Source of the DNA: Candidatus Cloacimonadales bacterium
Lineage (GTDB): Bacteria > Cloacimonadota > Cloacimonadia > G963667145
Assembly: GCA_965140615.1 (NCBI GenBank)
Contig: OZ223280.1
Location: 770,763-834,762 of the forward strand
Length of the DNA stretch: 64,000 bases
Direction of reading: 5' to 3'
The notes under the pieces are model-generated. The model made no database searches. It saw only the letters and a list, made by a program, of their open reading frames with translations, and was not told the DNA's origin. The translations under genes and the position numbers were made by a program. Below, piece after piece: positions 29,619 through 38,523 of this stretch; the first letter of the stretch is position 1; every line of letters starts with the position of its first letter.

Positions 29619-30219
29619 GATACTTTTGCTTTGTGCTTTTTGGAGTATTGCTTGTCTTTGGGCTGAAGCTATTCCTAGTGAGTTGCAAAAAGCTATAGAG
29701 AGCTTTTTGGATATCTCTTCTTTTCGGGCTGAGCTAGTGCAAACCAATTTTGTGAAAATGACGAGTGAGGAAGAGGTTTATAACGGCGAGATTTTTTTTG
29801 ATAAAGACAGGCTTTTGATAAAGTATAGCTCTCCTAGCGTGCAACTGGTTTATTCGGACAAACAGGAGACGGTCGTTTATTTGCAAGAGAGCAACCAGAA
29901 AATGGTTTCCAGTCCAACTTTAATTTTTTGGCCTAATAAGATGGTCTCTAAGTTTCTTGTGGGTGGTCGTGATTTTGTGCGAAAGGTCGTTGGCGACAAG
30001 GTCTTTTACGAGTTTGTACCTGATTTGCAACAGAGCGAGAATGTGTCCAAGGTGGCGATAGGGGTAAAAGGTGTAGTCGTAAGTTCTGTAAAATATTACG
30101 ATTTTGAAGGGAACTTTACCCATTATGAGTTTTTTGATTTGCAGTTTGGGGAAGAGATTGACAGATCGCTTTTTGAGGTTACTTATCCTGAAGGCGTGGA
30201 AGTAATAGACAATCGGTAA
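29605..30219 (+). CDS. lolA: Outer membrane lipoprotein carrier LolA family
   Basis: Signal peptide, SFRAELVQT and LF....PEGVEVID; ftsK-lolA synteny. Confidence 0.82.
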   Translation: MAMFRILLLCAFWSIACLWAEAIPSELQKAIESFLDISSFRAELVQTNFVKMTSEEEVYNGEIFFDKDRLLIKYSSPSVQLVYSDKQETVVYLQESNQKMVSSPTLIFWPNKMVSKFLVGGRDFVRKVVGDKVFYEFVPDLQQSENVSKVAIGVKGVVVSSVKYYDFEGNFTHYEFFDLQFGEEIDRSLFEVTYPEGVEVIDNR

Positions 30220-30313
30220 CCTCTTTAATTGCAGTTATATACAAAAAAAAGTAAAAAAGTAAAAAAAAGAGAAGAATTTCTTATCTTACTGAAAATTAAA
30301 GACAAAAGAGCTT

Positions 30314-30329
30314 TGTTCCATGTAGAACT
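30314..30329. other. parS-like site (intergenic)
   Basis: TGTTCCATGTAGAACT, 13/16 to parS, about 10 kb from the candidate oriC. Confidence 0.6.
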
Positions 30330-30458
30330 TTTTTGATGAGAAAGGGGTTTATAAGGGGCAAAGATTTTTTTTATGGAAAGGTGCTGAGCTTTAGCTTTGG
30401 CAAAATATTGAGAGAAAAGTTTTAAAGTAGAAGTAAATTTTAAGATTTAGGAGTTTGT

Positions 30459-32528
30459 ATGGCGAAGAAAGAAGATATTCGGAATATTGGCATAATGGCT
30501 CATATCGATGCTGGGAAAACTACTACTACCGAAAGGATTTTGTTTTATTCTGGAAGAATCCACAGGATGGGCGAAGTGCACGATGGCAACGCCACGATGG
30601 ACTGGATGGATCAGGAGCAAGACAGAGGGATAACGATTACTTCGGCGGTTACGACTCTGAGCTGGAAAAAGAAACAGGTTAACATCATCGACACTCCCGG
30701 GCATGTCGATTTCACGGCAGAGGTGGAGCGAAGCCTGAGGGTGTTGGATGGGGCAGTGGGGGTTTTTTGTGGAGTGGGTGGTGTCGAGCCTCAGAGCGAG
30801 ACGGTTTGGGCACAGTCGGAGAGGTATAACATCCCCAAGATTGTTTACATAAACAAGCTGGATAGAGTGGGAGCAGATTTTGAGAGAACTTTGGCGAACA
30901 TCAAGCAGAGGTTGGTGGATGGAGCTATTGCTATTCAGTTTCCTCTTGGCAAAGAGGGGGAGTTTGAGGCAATAGTGGATGTGGTCAAAGGGGTTGCTTA
31001 CTATTTCGACCAAGAAGAGTACGGCAGCAAGATGGTGGCAAAAGAGATCCCAACTAACGCTCAAGATGAGTACCATATGTATCGTGAGTTGCTTTTGGAA
31101 GCTCTTTGTGAGGTGGACGACGAGTTTATGGAAAAGGTGTTGGAAGAGCAGGAACTGAAGGCAGAAGATATCTTGGCTGTGTTGCGAAAGGCAACGATTG
31201 CTCTGAAAGTTGTGCCTGTGCTGTGTGGCTCTTCTCTGAAGAATATGGGTGTAAGGTTGTTGATGGATGCGATAGGTGATTTGTTGCCATCGCCTGTGGA
31301 CAAAAAAGAGTTCCAAGTCTTGGAAAAGGATGAGCTGAAGAGCTTCACTCCTAACGAAACAGTGCCTTTGGCTTTGGTGTATAAAGTCCAGATAGATAAG
31401 CATATGGGCAAGTTGCTTTACGCTCGTGTTTACTCTGGCAAGATTAGAAAGGGCGAGGTTCTCATCAACCAAGAGACGGGCAAAAAAGAGAAGGTGATGC
31501 GGATTTTGCAGATGCACTCTAATAAGACGACGGACTTGAGCGAGGTTAGCTATGGAGACATTGCGACTTTTGTCGGTCCGAAAGATGTCAAGACTGGGCA
31601 GACCTTGGCTGGTAGAGGTGTAAGCGTACAGTTGCCTAAGATGAACTTCCCAGAGGCGGTCATCTCGATGGTGGTAGAGCCACAGACCAAAGGCGACTAC
31701 GACAAGCTTATAAGCTCTTTGAAACGCTTGGCTGAGGAAGACCCGACCTTTTTCGTGAGAGAAGACGAGAATTCGGGGCAAATCGTGATATCTGGAATGG
31801 GAGAGCTTCACCTAGAGGTTTTGGTGTACAGGCTCAAGAATGAGCTGGGAGTGGACGCAAATGTTGGCAAGCCTCAGGTAGCTTATCGTGAGACCATCTT
31901 GGACGCTGTAGAGTATGAAGAGGAGTTCGACCGAGAAATAAAGGGGAAGAACCATTATGCGAAGGTGAAAGTGAGGGTTTCTCCGCTTATGAGCGGTGAA
32001 AGCTCACAAAATTTCTACGAAACAAGCCTTAATTCTCAAGATTTATCGGAAGAGTTTTTGTTGGCAGCCAAAGAGGGAGCGTTGGGAGGCTGTGCTGCAG
32101 GTCCTATTTTTTCTTGGCCAGTGCGAGGCGTGAAGATAGAGTTGCTTGCCGCTAGGATGAAGGAGGGCGACTCCTCGGGGTTGGCTTTCTCCATAGCGAC
32201 TTCTACGGCTGTGAGCAGGGCTTTATCACAGGCGAAGGTTACATTCTTGGAGCCTATCGTGAAAGCCGTGGTGTTGTCGCCCGAGGAGTATGTGGGCGAT
32301 ATTATCGCAGACCTGAACGGGAAACGAGGGAAAGTGGTGGATACTCAAAATTTGGGCGTTCGCCAGCAGATAGTGTGTGAAGTGCCTATTAGTGAGTTAT
32401 TCGGGTATACCACCCGTTTGCGGAATTTGTCCAAAGGTAGAGCCGTGATGAGTATGGAATTTTTGAAGTACTCTCTGGTGCCGATCAAGGTAAAAGAGGC
32501 AATAATCGAAAAAACACGGGGATTTTAA
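30459..32528 (+). CDS. fusA: Elongation factor G paralog (EF-G2-like)
   Basis: AHIDAGKTT, RGITI, DTPGH, GMGELHL and PQVAYRET motifs; located outside the str operon; domain IV diverged. Confidence 0.92.
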   Translation: MAKKEDIRNIGIMAHIDAGKTTTTERILFYSGRIHRMGEVHDGNATMDWMDQEQDRGITITSAVTTLSWKKKQVNIIDTPGHVDFTAEVERSLRVLDGAVGVFCGVGGVEPQSETVWAQSERYNIPKIVYINKLDRVGADFERTLANIKQRLVDGAIAIQFPLGKEGEFEAIVDVVKGVAYYFDQEEYGSKMVAKEIPTNAQDEYHMYRELLLEALCEVDDEFMEKVLEEQELKAEDILAVLRKATIALKVVPVLCGSSLKNMGVRLLMDAIGDLLPSPVDKKEFQVLEKDELKSFTPNETVPLALVYKVQIDKHMGKLLYARVYSGKIRKGEVLINQETGKKEKVMRILQMHSNKTTDLSEVSYGDIATFVGPKDVKTGQTLAGRGVSVQLPKMNFPEAVISMVVEPQTKGDYDKLISSLKRLAEEDPTFFVREDENSGQIVISGMGELHLEVLVYRLKNELGVDANVGKPQVAYRETILDAVEYEEEFDREIKGKNHYAKVKVRVSPLMSGESSQNFYETSLNSQDLSEEFLLAAKEGALGGCAAGPIFSWPVRGVKIELLAARMKEGDSSGLAFSIATSTAVSRALSQAKVTFLEPIVKAVVLSPEEYVGDIIADLNGKRGKVVDTQNLGVRQQIVCEVPISELFGYTTRLRNLSKGRAVMSMEFLKYSLVPIKVKEAIIEKTRGF

Positions 32529-32587
32529 GGATTTTTGCTTGATTTTCAGCAAAAATCGAGGGAATTTTTGTTTTTTAGGGGGTTTTT

Positions 32588-33565
32588 ATGCAAAATTTAA
32601 TCATTTGTGGAGGTGCAGGGACAAGATTGTGGCCAATTAGCAAGCCTGAAAATCCTAAACAGTTTCTGCAAATTTTTCAAAAAAAATCGCTTTTTCAGTT
32701 AACTTTAGAGCGAAATTCTCATTTTTGTGAGCGATTTTTAGTAATTTTGGGGCAAAATCAGCTAAATATTGCCAAAAAGCAGGTAAATTCGGCTTTAAAT
32801 GTAAAATTTATGTTAGAACCCGTTGGAAGAAATACCGCTCCGGCGATTGCCTTGGCATGTTTTTCTGTTGATCCAGAAGAAACTTTTTTGGTGAGTCCTT
32901 CTGACCACCTAATAAAAGCTGACAACTCTTACAAAGATGCTTTGCAAAAAGCGGAAAGTTTGGCAAGGCAGGGTAATTTGGTAACTTTTGGGATTACTCC
33001 GACCTACGCCGAAACAGGCTACGGATACATAGAGGCTAAAGGGGAGCAGGTGCTGTCTTTTTGCGAGAAGCCCGAGCTGGCTGTAGCACAGAGCTATCTG
33101 GAAGCGGGAAACTATCTGTGGAATAGTGGGATGTTTTGCTTTAAGGCAGGAGTTTATTTGCAAGAGCTGGAGAAGTACGCCCCAAAAATTTTCAAGGCGT
33201 GTAAAATCGCTTACCAGAACAGCTCAGATGGCTTGGTGCGGATGGAAGATATGCTTGAAATTCCTAAGGAAAGCATCGATTATGCGGTGATGGAGAGGTC
33301 GCAAAAGGTCAAGGTTGTGCCTTTTGCAGGGGGGTGGAGCGACTTGGGGAGCTTTGACTCGCTATTTGGAGTGGTGGATTCAGAGGCTAGCATTAATGTG
33401 GATAGTGTTAACAATTTGGTGATAGCCAAGGGTAAAGTCGTGGCTTTGGTGGGTGTGCAAGACAGCATAGTCGTGGCAGAGGGAGACAATATTTTGGTTT
33501 GTCATAAGGGCGAGAGCCAAAAAGTGAAAGAAGTTTGCGAAATTTTGGCTAAAAAGAAGAGATGA
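32588..33565 (+). CDS. manC: Mannose-1-phosphate guanylyltransferase
   Basis: GGAGTRLWP, PKQFL, EPVGRNTA, PSDH, WNSGMF, SIDYAVME and WSDLGS motifs. Confidence 0.93.
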   Translation: MQNLIICGGAGTRLWPISKPENPKQFLQIFQKKSLFQLTLERNSHFCERFLVILGQNQLNIAKKQVNSALNVKFMLEPVGRNTAPAIALACFSVDPEETFLVSPSDHLIKADNSYKDALQKAESLARQGNLVTFGITPTYAETGYGYIEAKGEQVLSFCEKPELAVAQSYLEAGNYLWNSGMFCFKAGVYLQELEKYAPKIFKACKIAYQNSSDGLVRMEDMLEIPKESIDYAVMERSQKVKVVPFAGGWSDLGSFDSLFGVVDSEASINVDSVNNLVIAKGKVVALVGVQDSIVVAEGDNILVCHKGESQKVKEVCEILAKKKR

Positions 33566-33715
33566 CTATAGCGGAAGTGCCTGTCTTATAAGGTTTTTTT
33601 CACTTTTTGCTTGTCTGATGTCTGCACAATGCTTGCAGAACTTATCGGGTGTTTTGTAGAAAATAAGTGTTTCGGGCAACATTCGCATAATTTATTAAAA
33701 TTTAAGGAGATATAG

Positions 33716-34741
33716 ATGTTGGACTTTGTTTTTGGGGGTATTATTGGGTTGGCGAATATTATTCCCGGTGTTTCGGGGGGAACTTTTGCCCTTGTGTTGG
33801 GGATTTACGACCGCCTTTTGCAAGCTGTGGCAGCTTGGAATGTCGCTTATTTGCAAGAGCTTTTTGCAGATTTGAAGCAAAAGAGGTTCAAATTGCTAGC
33901 GAAGAAAATTTTGGATGAAGAAAACCTTTTCTTGATGAAGATAATGGTAGGAGCTGTGGCTACGATATTGCTGGTGAGTAAGCTAATGAAGTACCTTTTG
34001 GCAGAACATTACGCCCCAACTTACGGGTTTTTCTTCGGTTTAATCCTTTTTTCTATCTATTTGCCGTACAAAATGACCGAAAAACGAAAATTTTCGTATA
34101 TTTTTTGGCTATTGCTCGGTTTGAGTTTGACCGTTTTTGTTTCTGCTTCTGTCGATCCATCGGCGAAAATTTTGCAAAAAAGCGTCAATTTTCAGCAAAT
34201 TTTGCTCTCGGGAGCAGATTTTCGCTCTGCTTACAGCTTGGGAGAGTATTTTTCTTTGTTTTGCGTGGGAGCTTTGGCTATTTCGGCGATGGTGCTTCCC
34301 GGGATAAGTGGCTCTTTTGTGCTTCTACTTTTTGGCAGATATTCGCAGATCATCGGGGCGATATCCAGATTGAACAACTTTTATCCAGAAGATATCGCCT
34401 TGCTGACTGTTTTTGGGCTGGGTATCGTTTTTGGTGCTGTAGTTTTTGTGCGGTTGCTAACCTTTTTGTTTGCTAGGTTCAAAGACCAAACGCTTTTCTT
34501 TCTGTTGGGGTTGATGCTCGGCTCGCTGTACGCTCTGTGGCCATTCAAGAGGTTGATAATTGTCGATATTTACGCCAAAGTGGAGGGGAAAGTTGCTTTG
34601 CTGACTGACCAAGAATTGGTAACTAACAATCTTGTAATTCCATCAGATGTCAGACAACTGTTGCCTGTGGCAATCGCTGCCGTGGTGGGAATGTTGGTGA
34701 TGATTTGGTTCATTAGATACGAGGCGAAACAGGGAGAATAG
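33716..34741 (+). CDS. DUF368 family membrane protein (undecaprenyl-phosphate translocase-like)
   Basis: Repeated IPGVSGGT and LPGISGS re-entrant motifs. Confidence 0.9.
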   Translation: MLDFVFGGIIGLANIIPGVSGGTFALVLGIYDRLLQAVAAWNVAYLQELFADLKQKRFKLLAKKILDEENLFLMKIMVGAVATILLVSKLMKYLLAEHYAPTYGFFFGLILFSIYLPYKMTEKRKFSYIFWLLLGLSLTVFVSASVDPSAKILQKSVNFQQILLSGADFRSAYSLGEYFSLFCVGALAISAMVLPGISGSFVLLLFGRYSQIIGAISRLNNFYPEDIALLTVFGLGIVFGAVVFVRLLTFLFARFKDQTLFFLLGLMLGSLYALWPFKRLIIVDIYAKVEGKVALLTDQELVTNNLVIPSDVRQLLPVAIAAVVGMLVMIWFIRYEAKQGE

Positions 34742-34754
34742 GAGGAGAGAGAAA

Positions 34755-35141
34755 ATGCTAGATATTCGTTGGCGACAAAGATTTTCCAATTTTGAGAAAT
34801 CTTTTGTTTTGCTAAAAAAAGCTGTGTCCGTGGAAAATCCTGACATAATCCAAAGAGCGGGTTTGGTGCAGTTTTTTGAGGTTTGCTTTGAGCTGGCTTG
34901 GAAAGTGATGAAAGATTACCTTTGGGAAGAGGGATTTTCTGAGGTGAAAACTCCCAGAGAGACGATAAAGAAGTGTTTTGAAATAGGATTGCTAGAAAAT
35001 GGCGAAGCGTGGATGCAAGCTCTACGAGACAGAAATCTGAGTTCGCACATTTATGAAGAGGAGACCGCCAAGAAGATAGAACACTTGATTCGAGAAAAAG
35101 TAGATGTTTGGTTTGTCAGAGAGGATGATTGCAGATGTTAA
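34755..35141 (+). CDS. HEPN nucleotidyltransferase substrate-binding protein (HI0074 family)
   Basis: DIRWRQRF, FE..FELAWK..KDYL and RNLSSH (Rx4H) motifs. Confidence 0.9.
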   Translation: MLDIRWRQRFSNFEKSFVLLKKAVSVENPDIIQRAGLVQFFEVCFELAWKVMKDYLWEEGFSEVKTPRETIKKCFEIGLLENGEAWMQALRDRNLSSHIYEEETAKKIEHLIREKVDVWFVREDDCRC

Positions 35142-35412
35142 TGCTGTTTTTGCAAAGTTTTGCTCGGTGGAAAAGGTTTTAATTTTTGGTTCTAGAGCTG
35201 AGGGAAGTTCTCATTTGGGGAGCGATGTCGATTTGGCGTTGTTTGGAAAGAGTTTGCAAAGAAAAGATATGCTACAAATAAGTGAAGAATTGAACGAAGA
35301 GACAGATTTGCCTTACTTTTTCGACCTTTTGCTCTATGATAGCTTAGAAAATCAAGAATTGCAAGAGCATATTATGAGAGTGGGGAAGGTTTTTATGAGA
35401 GAAAATAGATGA
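35104..35412 (+). CDS. Minimal nucleotidyltransferase (MNT, antitoxin-like)
   Basis: LIFGSRA.G....SDVDLA and LPYFFD motifs. Confidence 0.9.
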   Translation: MFGLSERMIADVNAVFAKFCSVEKVLIFGSRAEGSSHLGSDVDLALFGKSLQRKDMLQISEELNEETDLPYFFDLLLYDSLENQELQEHIMRVGKVFMRENR

Positions 35413-35434
35413 TGGGAAAGAATAAAATCTGTAA

Positions 35435-35491
35435 CATTTTCCTCGGTTACCAACTAGTAACGGCTCTTCGCCATTACACGCGAAGGAAGTG
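35435..35491 (+). ncRNA. Candidate cis-regulatory structured RNA (riboswitch-like)
   Basis: Closing stem TTCCT/AGGAA with hairpins GTTAC/GTAAC and GGC/GCC, in the 5' UTR of a transporter. Confidence 0.5.
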
Positions 35492-35520
35492 ATTTTGCTG
35501 TTTATCACAAAGGAGTTTTT

Positions 35521-36261
35521 ATGTTAGAAGAGATTTTGATTAACTTGGCGTTGATGGCTGCGGGCTTTTTGGGTGCTTTTATCAATGTGATGGCTGGAGC
35601 TGGCTCTATCGTGGTGATTACTACTATGCTTTTTTTGGATATTTCCTCGCTGGTGGCTCTTTCTACTTTTCGGGTGGCTTTGGTATTTCAATCTTTTTTG
35701 GGGGCTAATGTGCTACATCGCAAGCACAAGGCTATAGATTTAGATTGGCGAATTTTTGTGCCTATACTTGTTGGGAGTGCCATTGGAGCACATTATTCGG
35801 CTTTTTTGCCTCACAGTGTTTTCGACTATATCTTGAGTGGAGTGATAGTTTTTGTGGCTTTGTTTGTGATTTTGCACCATCATAATTTGATTCACTATCT
35901 CAAAATTCCTTTTTGGTTGGAGTTTGCGATTTTTTTTATAATAGGACTTTACGGTGGATTTGTACAGGTAGGAGCGGGATTTTTGCTTTTGGCAGGGTTG
36001 CATTTGGTGAAAAGGCAAGATTTGCTCTCTGCTAATGCGACTAAACTTTTGATAACGATGGTTTATAGCTTCGTAGCGGTGGCTATTTTGGCTTATCATG
36101 GTAAGGTTTATTGGCATTACGCTCCAGCTTTAGTGGTGGGAGGCTGTTTGGGTTCTTATGTTTCTTGCCATTTGGCGATAAAGAAAGGCGAAAAGTTTGC
36201 AAAAATCTTGCTTTTATTTGCCGTGGCGATGAGCGTGGTCAAGTTGGTGGTGCAGTGGTGA
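35521..36261 (+). CDS. TSUP (TauE/SafE, DUF81) family transporter
   Basis: GAFIN.MAGAG, GLYGGF..GAG and ANATK motifs; about 8 TM segments. Confidence 0.88.
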   Translation: MLEEILINLALMAAGFLGAFINVMAGAGSIVVITTMLFLDISSLVALSTFRVALVFQSFLGANVLHRKHKAIDLDWRIFVPILVGSAIGAHYSAFLPHSVFDYILSGVIVFVALFVILHHHNLIHYLKIPFWLEFAIFFIIGLYGGFVQVGAGFLLLAGLHLVKRQDLLSANATKLLITMVYSFVAVAILAYHGKVYWHYAPALVVGGCLGSYVSCHLAIKKGEKFAKILLLFAVAMSVVKLVVQW

Positions 36262-36277
36262 TAATAAGGAGGCTAAG

Positions 36278-37174
36278 GTGAAGTTAGACAATTTGTTGAA
36301 CCAAGAGTTGGTTTTTTGGGATGTGGATGTGCAAAACTCTTTGCAGATTTACCAGATGATAGCCAAGCGTGTGCAAGCGATGTTTGCTCTGGATGAGCGG
36401 CAGGTGGTGGACGCTTTTTTGGAGAGAGAGAAGCTGGGCTATGTGGTGTTCCCAGATGGTAGCTCTTTGCCCCACGGGAGGCTGGATGAGCTGGATGACT
36501 TGATAATCGCCATGGTGAAAACCAAAAAACCGCTAGAGTTTTGTGGGAAAAAGGCAGACCTTTTTTATTGCGTGTTGACATCTAACTCGGGGAGTAACCG
36601 CTATCTGATGGTGCTGGCATCGTTTGCCAAAATTGCCCAGTATCATCACCAAAGAGTGCGATTGACGCAGTCTCCGCGGGAGCTTATAGAGTTAGTTAAA
36701 GAGTTGCAACTGGATGTGGATAAGAGCTTGTTGGTGTCGGATGTGATTAACTCGGATGCTGTGCTGAGTGTTTGCTTGGATGATAGCTTGAGCAAGGCGG
36801 TGGACTTGATGAAGAGCAAGGGGATTAAGTTTTTGCCTGTGGTGGGTAAAGATGGCCGCTATAAGGGTAAGCTGAACGCTTTGGACATTGTCAAAGCCGC
36901 TTATCCTCGGTCTTCGTTTTTGATGTCTGCTATCGGGTTTATGTCTACCAGCCGCAGTTTTGAGCGGTTTCATCAGCAAGAGGCAACGATGCGGGTGCGA
37001 GATGTGTACTCGCAGGATAATCAGCGGGTTGCGGGGCTGGATGAGCAGATGATACAAATAGGCTTTAGGATGGTGAAAAACAACTGGCATCACCTGACTG
37101 TGTTGGACTCTGAGATGAGACCAGTGGCGGTGCTGAGCGACCGCTCCTTTGTGAGCAAGGTCTTGAGGGCGTAG
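36278..37174 (+). CDS. PTS EIIA domain + CBS pair protein
   Basis: REKLG......SLPHGR EIIA motif followed by tandem CBS domains (LPVV, LTVLD). Confidence 0.85.
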   Translation: MKLDNLLNQELVFWDVDVQNSLQIYQMIAKRVQAMFALDERQVVDAFLEREKLGYVVFPDGSSLPHGRLDELDDLIIAMVKTKKPLEFCGKKADLFYCVLTSNSGSNRYLMVLASFAKIAQYHHQRVRLTQSPRELIELVKELQLDVDKSLLVSDVINSDAVLSVCLDDSLSKAVDLMKSKGIKFLPVVGKDGRYKGKLNALDIVKAAYPRSSFLMSAIGFMSTSRSFERFHQQEATMRVRDVYSQDNQRVAGLDEQMIQIGFRMVKNNWHHLTVLDSEMRPVAVLSDRSFVSKVLRA

Positions 37175-37175
37175 A

Positions 37176-38441
37176 GTGATGATTGCTGCAGTTTCGATTT
37201 TTGTCGTGGCTTATTTGATGATAGCGTGGGAGAAGGTGAATAAGACCTTGATAGCTTTGCTGGGAGCGTCGTTGATGCTGATTTGCCACATACTGCCTCA
37301 AGATGTGGCGATGCACCATATCGATTTTAATGTGATAACTTTGCTGATAAGTATGATGGTGCTGGTGAGTATCGTGGAGCAGACGGGTGTGTTTGAGTTT
37401 GTTGCTATCAAGCTGGCGAAGTTGGTGGGTGGCTCGCCGATTAAGATTTTGGTGATGCTTTTTTTGATTACTGCTGTGTTTTCTGCGTTGCTGGACAATA
37501 TTACTACCGTTTTGCTTATTGCTCCAGTGTCTGTGCTGATAGCCGAGGAGCTGCGGATTTCCCCGTTGCCGTTCTTGCTCTCACAGATTTTTGCATCTAA
37601 TATCGGTGGCACAGCTACTCTCATTGGTGATCCGCCAAATATTATGATTGGTAGTGCCGCGGGGCTGACCTTTATGGATTTTGTGATAAATGTTGCACCT
37701 TTGGTGTTGGTGCAACTGCTGATAGTTTCGGTTCTGTTTTATTTCCTTTTCGGCGGTCAGATGCGGGTGAGCAACGAGGACAAGGCACGCATTATGGCTT
37801 TCGATGAGAGGCGATCAATAAAAGACACAGGCTTGCTGTTTAAGTCGCTTTTTGTTTTGGGCTTGGTAATCTTGGGCTTTGCTATCCACGGATTTGTGGA
37901 TTTGGAGGCTGCCACCATAGCCATGGCAGGGGCTTCGGTACTGATGATAGTGGGCAAGATAGACGCAGAGCAACTTTTTGGCAAGGTTGAATGGTCGAGC
38001 ATTTTCTTCTTTACGGGGCTGTTTATTATGGTGGGAGGTTTGGTAGAAGTTGGAGTTATATCTTTTGTCAGCAGGAGGATGCTAGCTTTCACTCACGGCA
38101 ATGTGCACATTACGGCACAGGTGCTTCTTTGGTTCTCGGGAGTTGCCTCTGCGGTGGTGGACAATATCCCTTTTGTGGCAACGATGATACCGCTCTTGCA
38201 AGATGTGCAGATGCATCTGGGTGGCTCTGCCAATAGCGGATTGTGGTGGGCGTTATCCTTGGGCTCGTGCCTAGGTGGCAACGGCTCGCTGATAGGTGCG
38301 TCGGCAAATATTATCGTAGCTAATATGGCGATGAAGACAGGCAACAAAATCGGCTTTGTGAAGTTTTTGAAATACGGTATACCGATTACCGTTTTGCTTT
38401 TGGCAATATCGCATATCTATTTGATGCTGAGGTATTTCTAG
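37176..38441 (+). CDS. ArsB/NhaD (P-protein-like) ion transporter
   Basis: SALLDNITT, ASNIGGTATLIGDPPN, DNIPF and LGGNGSLIGASAN motifs. Confidence 0.92.
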   Translation: MMIAAVSIFVVAYLMIAWEKVNKTLIALLGASLMLICHILPQDVAMHHIDFNVITLLISMMVLVSIVEQTGVFEFVAIKLAKLVGGSPIKILVMLFLITAVFSALLDNITTVLLIAPVSVLIAEELRISPLPFLLSQIFASNIGGTATLIGDPPNIMIGSAAGLTFMDFVINVAPLVLVQLLIVSVLFYFLFGGQMRVSNEDKARIMAFDERRSIKDTGLLFKSLFVLGLVILGFAIHGFVDLEAATIAMAGASVLMIVGKIDAEQLFGKVEWSSIFFFTGLFIMVGGLVEVGVISFVSRRMLAFTHGNVHITAQVLLWFSGVASAVVDNIPFVATMIPLLQDVQMHLGGSANSGLWWALSLGSCLGGNGSLIGASANIIVANMAMKTGNKIGFVKFLKYGIPITVLLLAISHIYLMLRYF

Positions 38442-38523
38442 CGACTTATTGAAGTTTTTTGTAAGGATGTAGATATTTTAGATAGCTGGTCAAAATTTTG
38501 ATTAAGGCTATCAAGGAGGAAAG

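Noticed and set aside
28998..29747. 249-aa minus-strand ORF and similar short antisense ORFs across the window
   Set aside because: They overlap well-supported genes on the opposite strand and have no RBS or motif support.
30447..31811. 454-aa minus-strand ORF
   Set aside because: Antisense shadow of the EF-G gene; no motifs, and explained by codon bias.
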